Of a stretch of 64,000 nucleotides of DNA, positions 63,238 to 64,000 are shown one piece after another (the first letter of the stretch is position 1; each line of letters opens with the position of its first letter). Made by a program: the position numbers and the translations under genes. Source of the stretch: an uncultured Gemmatimonadales bacterium. GTDB lineage: Bacteria > Gemmatimonadota > Gemmatimonadetes > Longimicrobiales > Gaopeijiaceae. The notes beneath the pieces were generated by a model. That model did not search any database and was not told where the DNA came from. It worked only from the letters and a program-made list of their open reading frames with translations. The stretch lies in the NCBI GenBank assembly GCA_963809895.1, contig CAWELD010000003.1, positions 2,784,001 to 2,848,000 of the forward strand, given 5' to 3'.

Positions 63238-64000
63238 TCAGTGGATTTGCCGGGCCTCGCCCGACGCGGCCGCCAACGTCACCCGCGCGGACTCGTACGC
63301 GGCTCGGGCGTCCACCTCGGCCGTGCGGGCCTCGTTCAGTCGGAGGGCGGCGCTCACCACGTCGGCGTTGCCCGCCACACCGGCCTGGAACCTCTCCCGT
63401 GCCTGATCGTACTCGGCCTGGGCCAGGTCCAGGCGGGCCCGGGCCGCTCCGATGCGCTGGGCCGCGGCGGTGAGCTCGAGCCGTGCGGAACGCACCTCGA
63501 ACGCGACCTGCTCGTGGATGTCGCGCCGGCGGGCCTCCCAGGTCGAGATCTCGGCGTGTTTTTCCTGCTGGCGCGCGCTCCGGTCGAAGCCGTCGAACAG
63601 GGGCACCGTGGCCTGGATGGCCCAGGTGTAGGTGTTCAGCATGCGGTCGTAGCTGCCACCGAAGAAGCCGTCGTCGGCCACCAAGGACAGGCGTGGCAGC
63701 CGCTCCGCCCGGATCGCGGCGCTCTCCAGGCGTGCGGCGTGGAGCTCCTGGTCCAACACCCGCACCTCCGCCCGGTTGGCGAGCGCCGACTCCACGGTGC
63801 GATCCACCGGTGGAATCGCCGCCGTATCGGGGATGGCGCCCGGGAGCGAGTCCGCCAGCGTGATTCCGGCGTCCAGGGGCAGGTCGAGGGCTCTCAGGAG
63901 CGCCAGGCGAGCCTTGCGAGCGTCGGCCTGCGCGGTGATGCGCTGTGCCTGCATGCCGGCCAGTTGGGCCTGGGCACGGGTCACGTCGAGCCGCACTCCG
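63238..64000 (-). CDS. tolC: TolC-family outer-membrane efflux protein (5'-truncated by window)
   Basis: ERLPRLSL; VPLFDG; ERFQAGV; coiled-coil OEP repeats. Confidence 0.9.
   Translation of the reverse strand, partial: GVRLDVTRAQAQLAGMQAQRITAQADARKARLALLRALDLPLDAGITLADSLPGAIPDTAAIPPVDRTVESALANRAEVRVLDQELHAARLESAAIRAERLPRLSLVADDGFFGGSYDRMLNTYTWAIQATVPLFDGFDRSARQQEKHAEISTWEARRRDIHEQVAFEVRSARLELTAAAQRIGAARARLDLAQAEYDQARERFQAGVAGNADVVSAALRLNEARTAEVDARAAYESARVTLAAASGEARQIH

Overview
High-GC bacterial chromosomal segment, densely coding, with about 55 genes. The gene mix (SusC/SusD pair, PadR plus duplicated orphan permease, ECF sigma plus Ser/Thr kinase-TPR pair, plug-only TonB proteins) suggests Gemmatimonadota; this is inference. 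In order: NarL-type two-component system, TonB receptor and 7TM protein; cytochrome c/copper-monooxygenase/TPR lipoprotein; RsmC-like methyltransferase; glycosyltransferase cluster; Tat amidase with a small partner; SBP56/methanethiol-oxidase-like operon divergent from an ECF/STK pair; SCO and a CtaG-PCuAC fusion; PadR/ADOP; BNR lipoprotein and amidohydrolase; di-heme cytochrome c; an unannotated 20-aa amphipathic peptide gene; DPP-IV peptidase; SusC/SusD behind a long structured leader; plug-domain proteins; thiC; two paralogous lipoproteins; a TetR-controlled Lol-like ABC/beta-barrel operon; modABC; ECF/anti-sigma/Spy-like genes with MacAB and EmrAB-TolC. No rRNA, tRNA, CRISPR array or mobile element was seen. 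Several single-base frameshifts look like assembly errors. The best leads are the micropeptide MLTILKRVVKLVLGWILDKI with a structured 5' UTR, a recurring CTAA-N16/17-CTGTC ECF-type promoter, a bacterial PHM-like copper monooxygenase with its own heme c, and a kinase/ECF-linked SBP56 and copper-chaperone locus.
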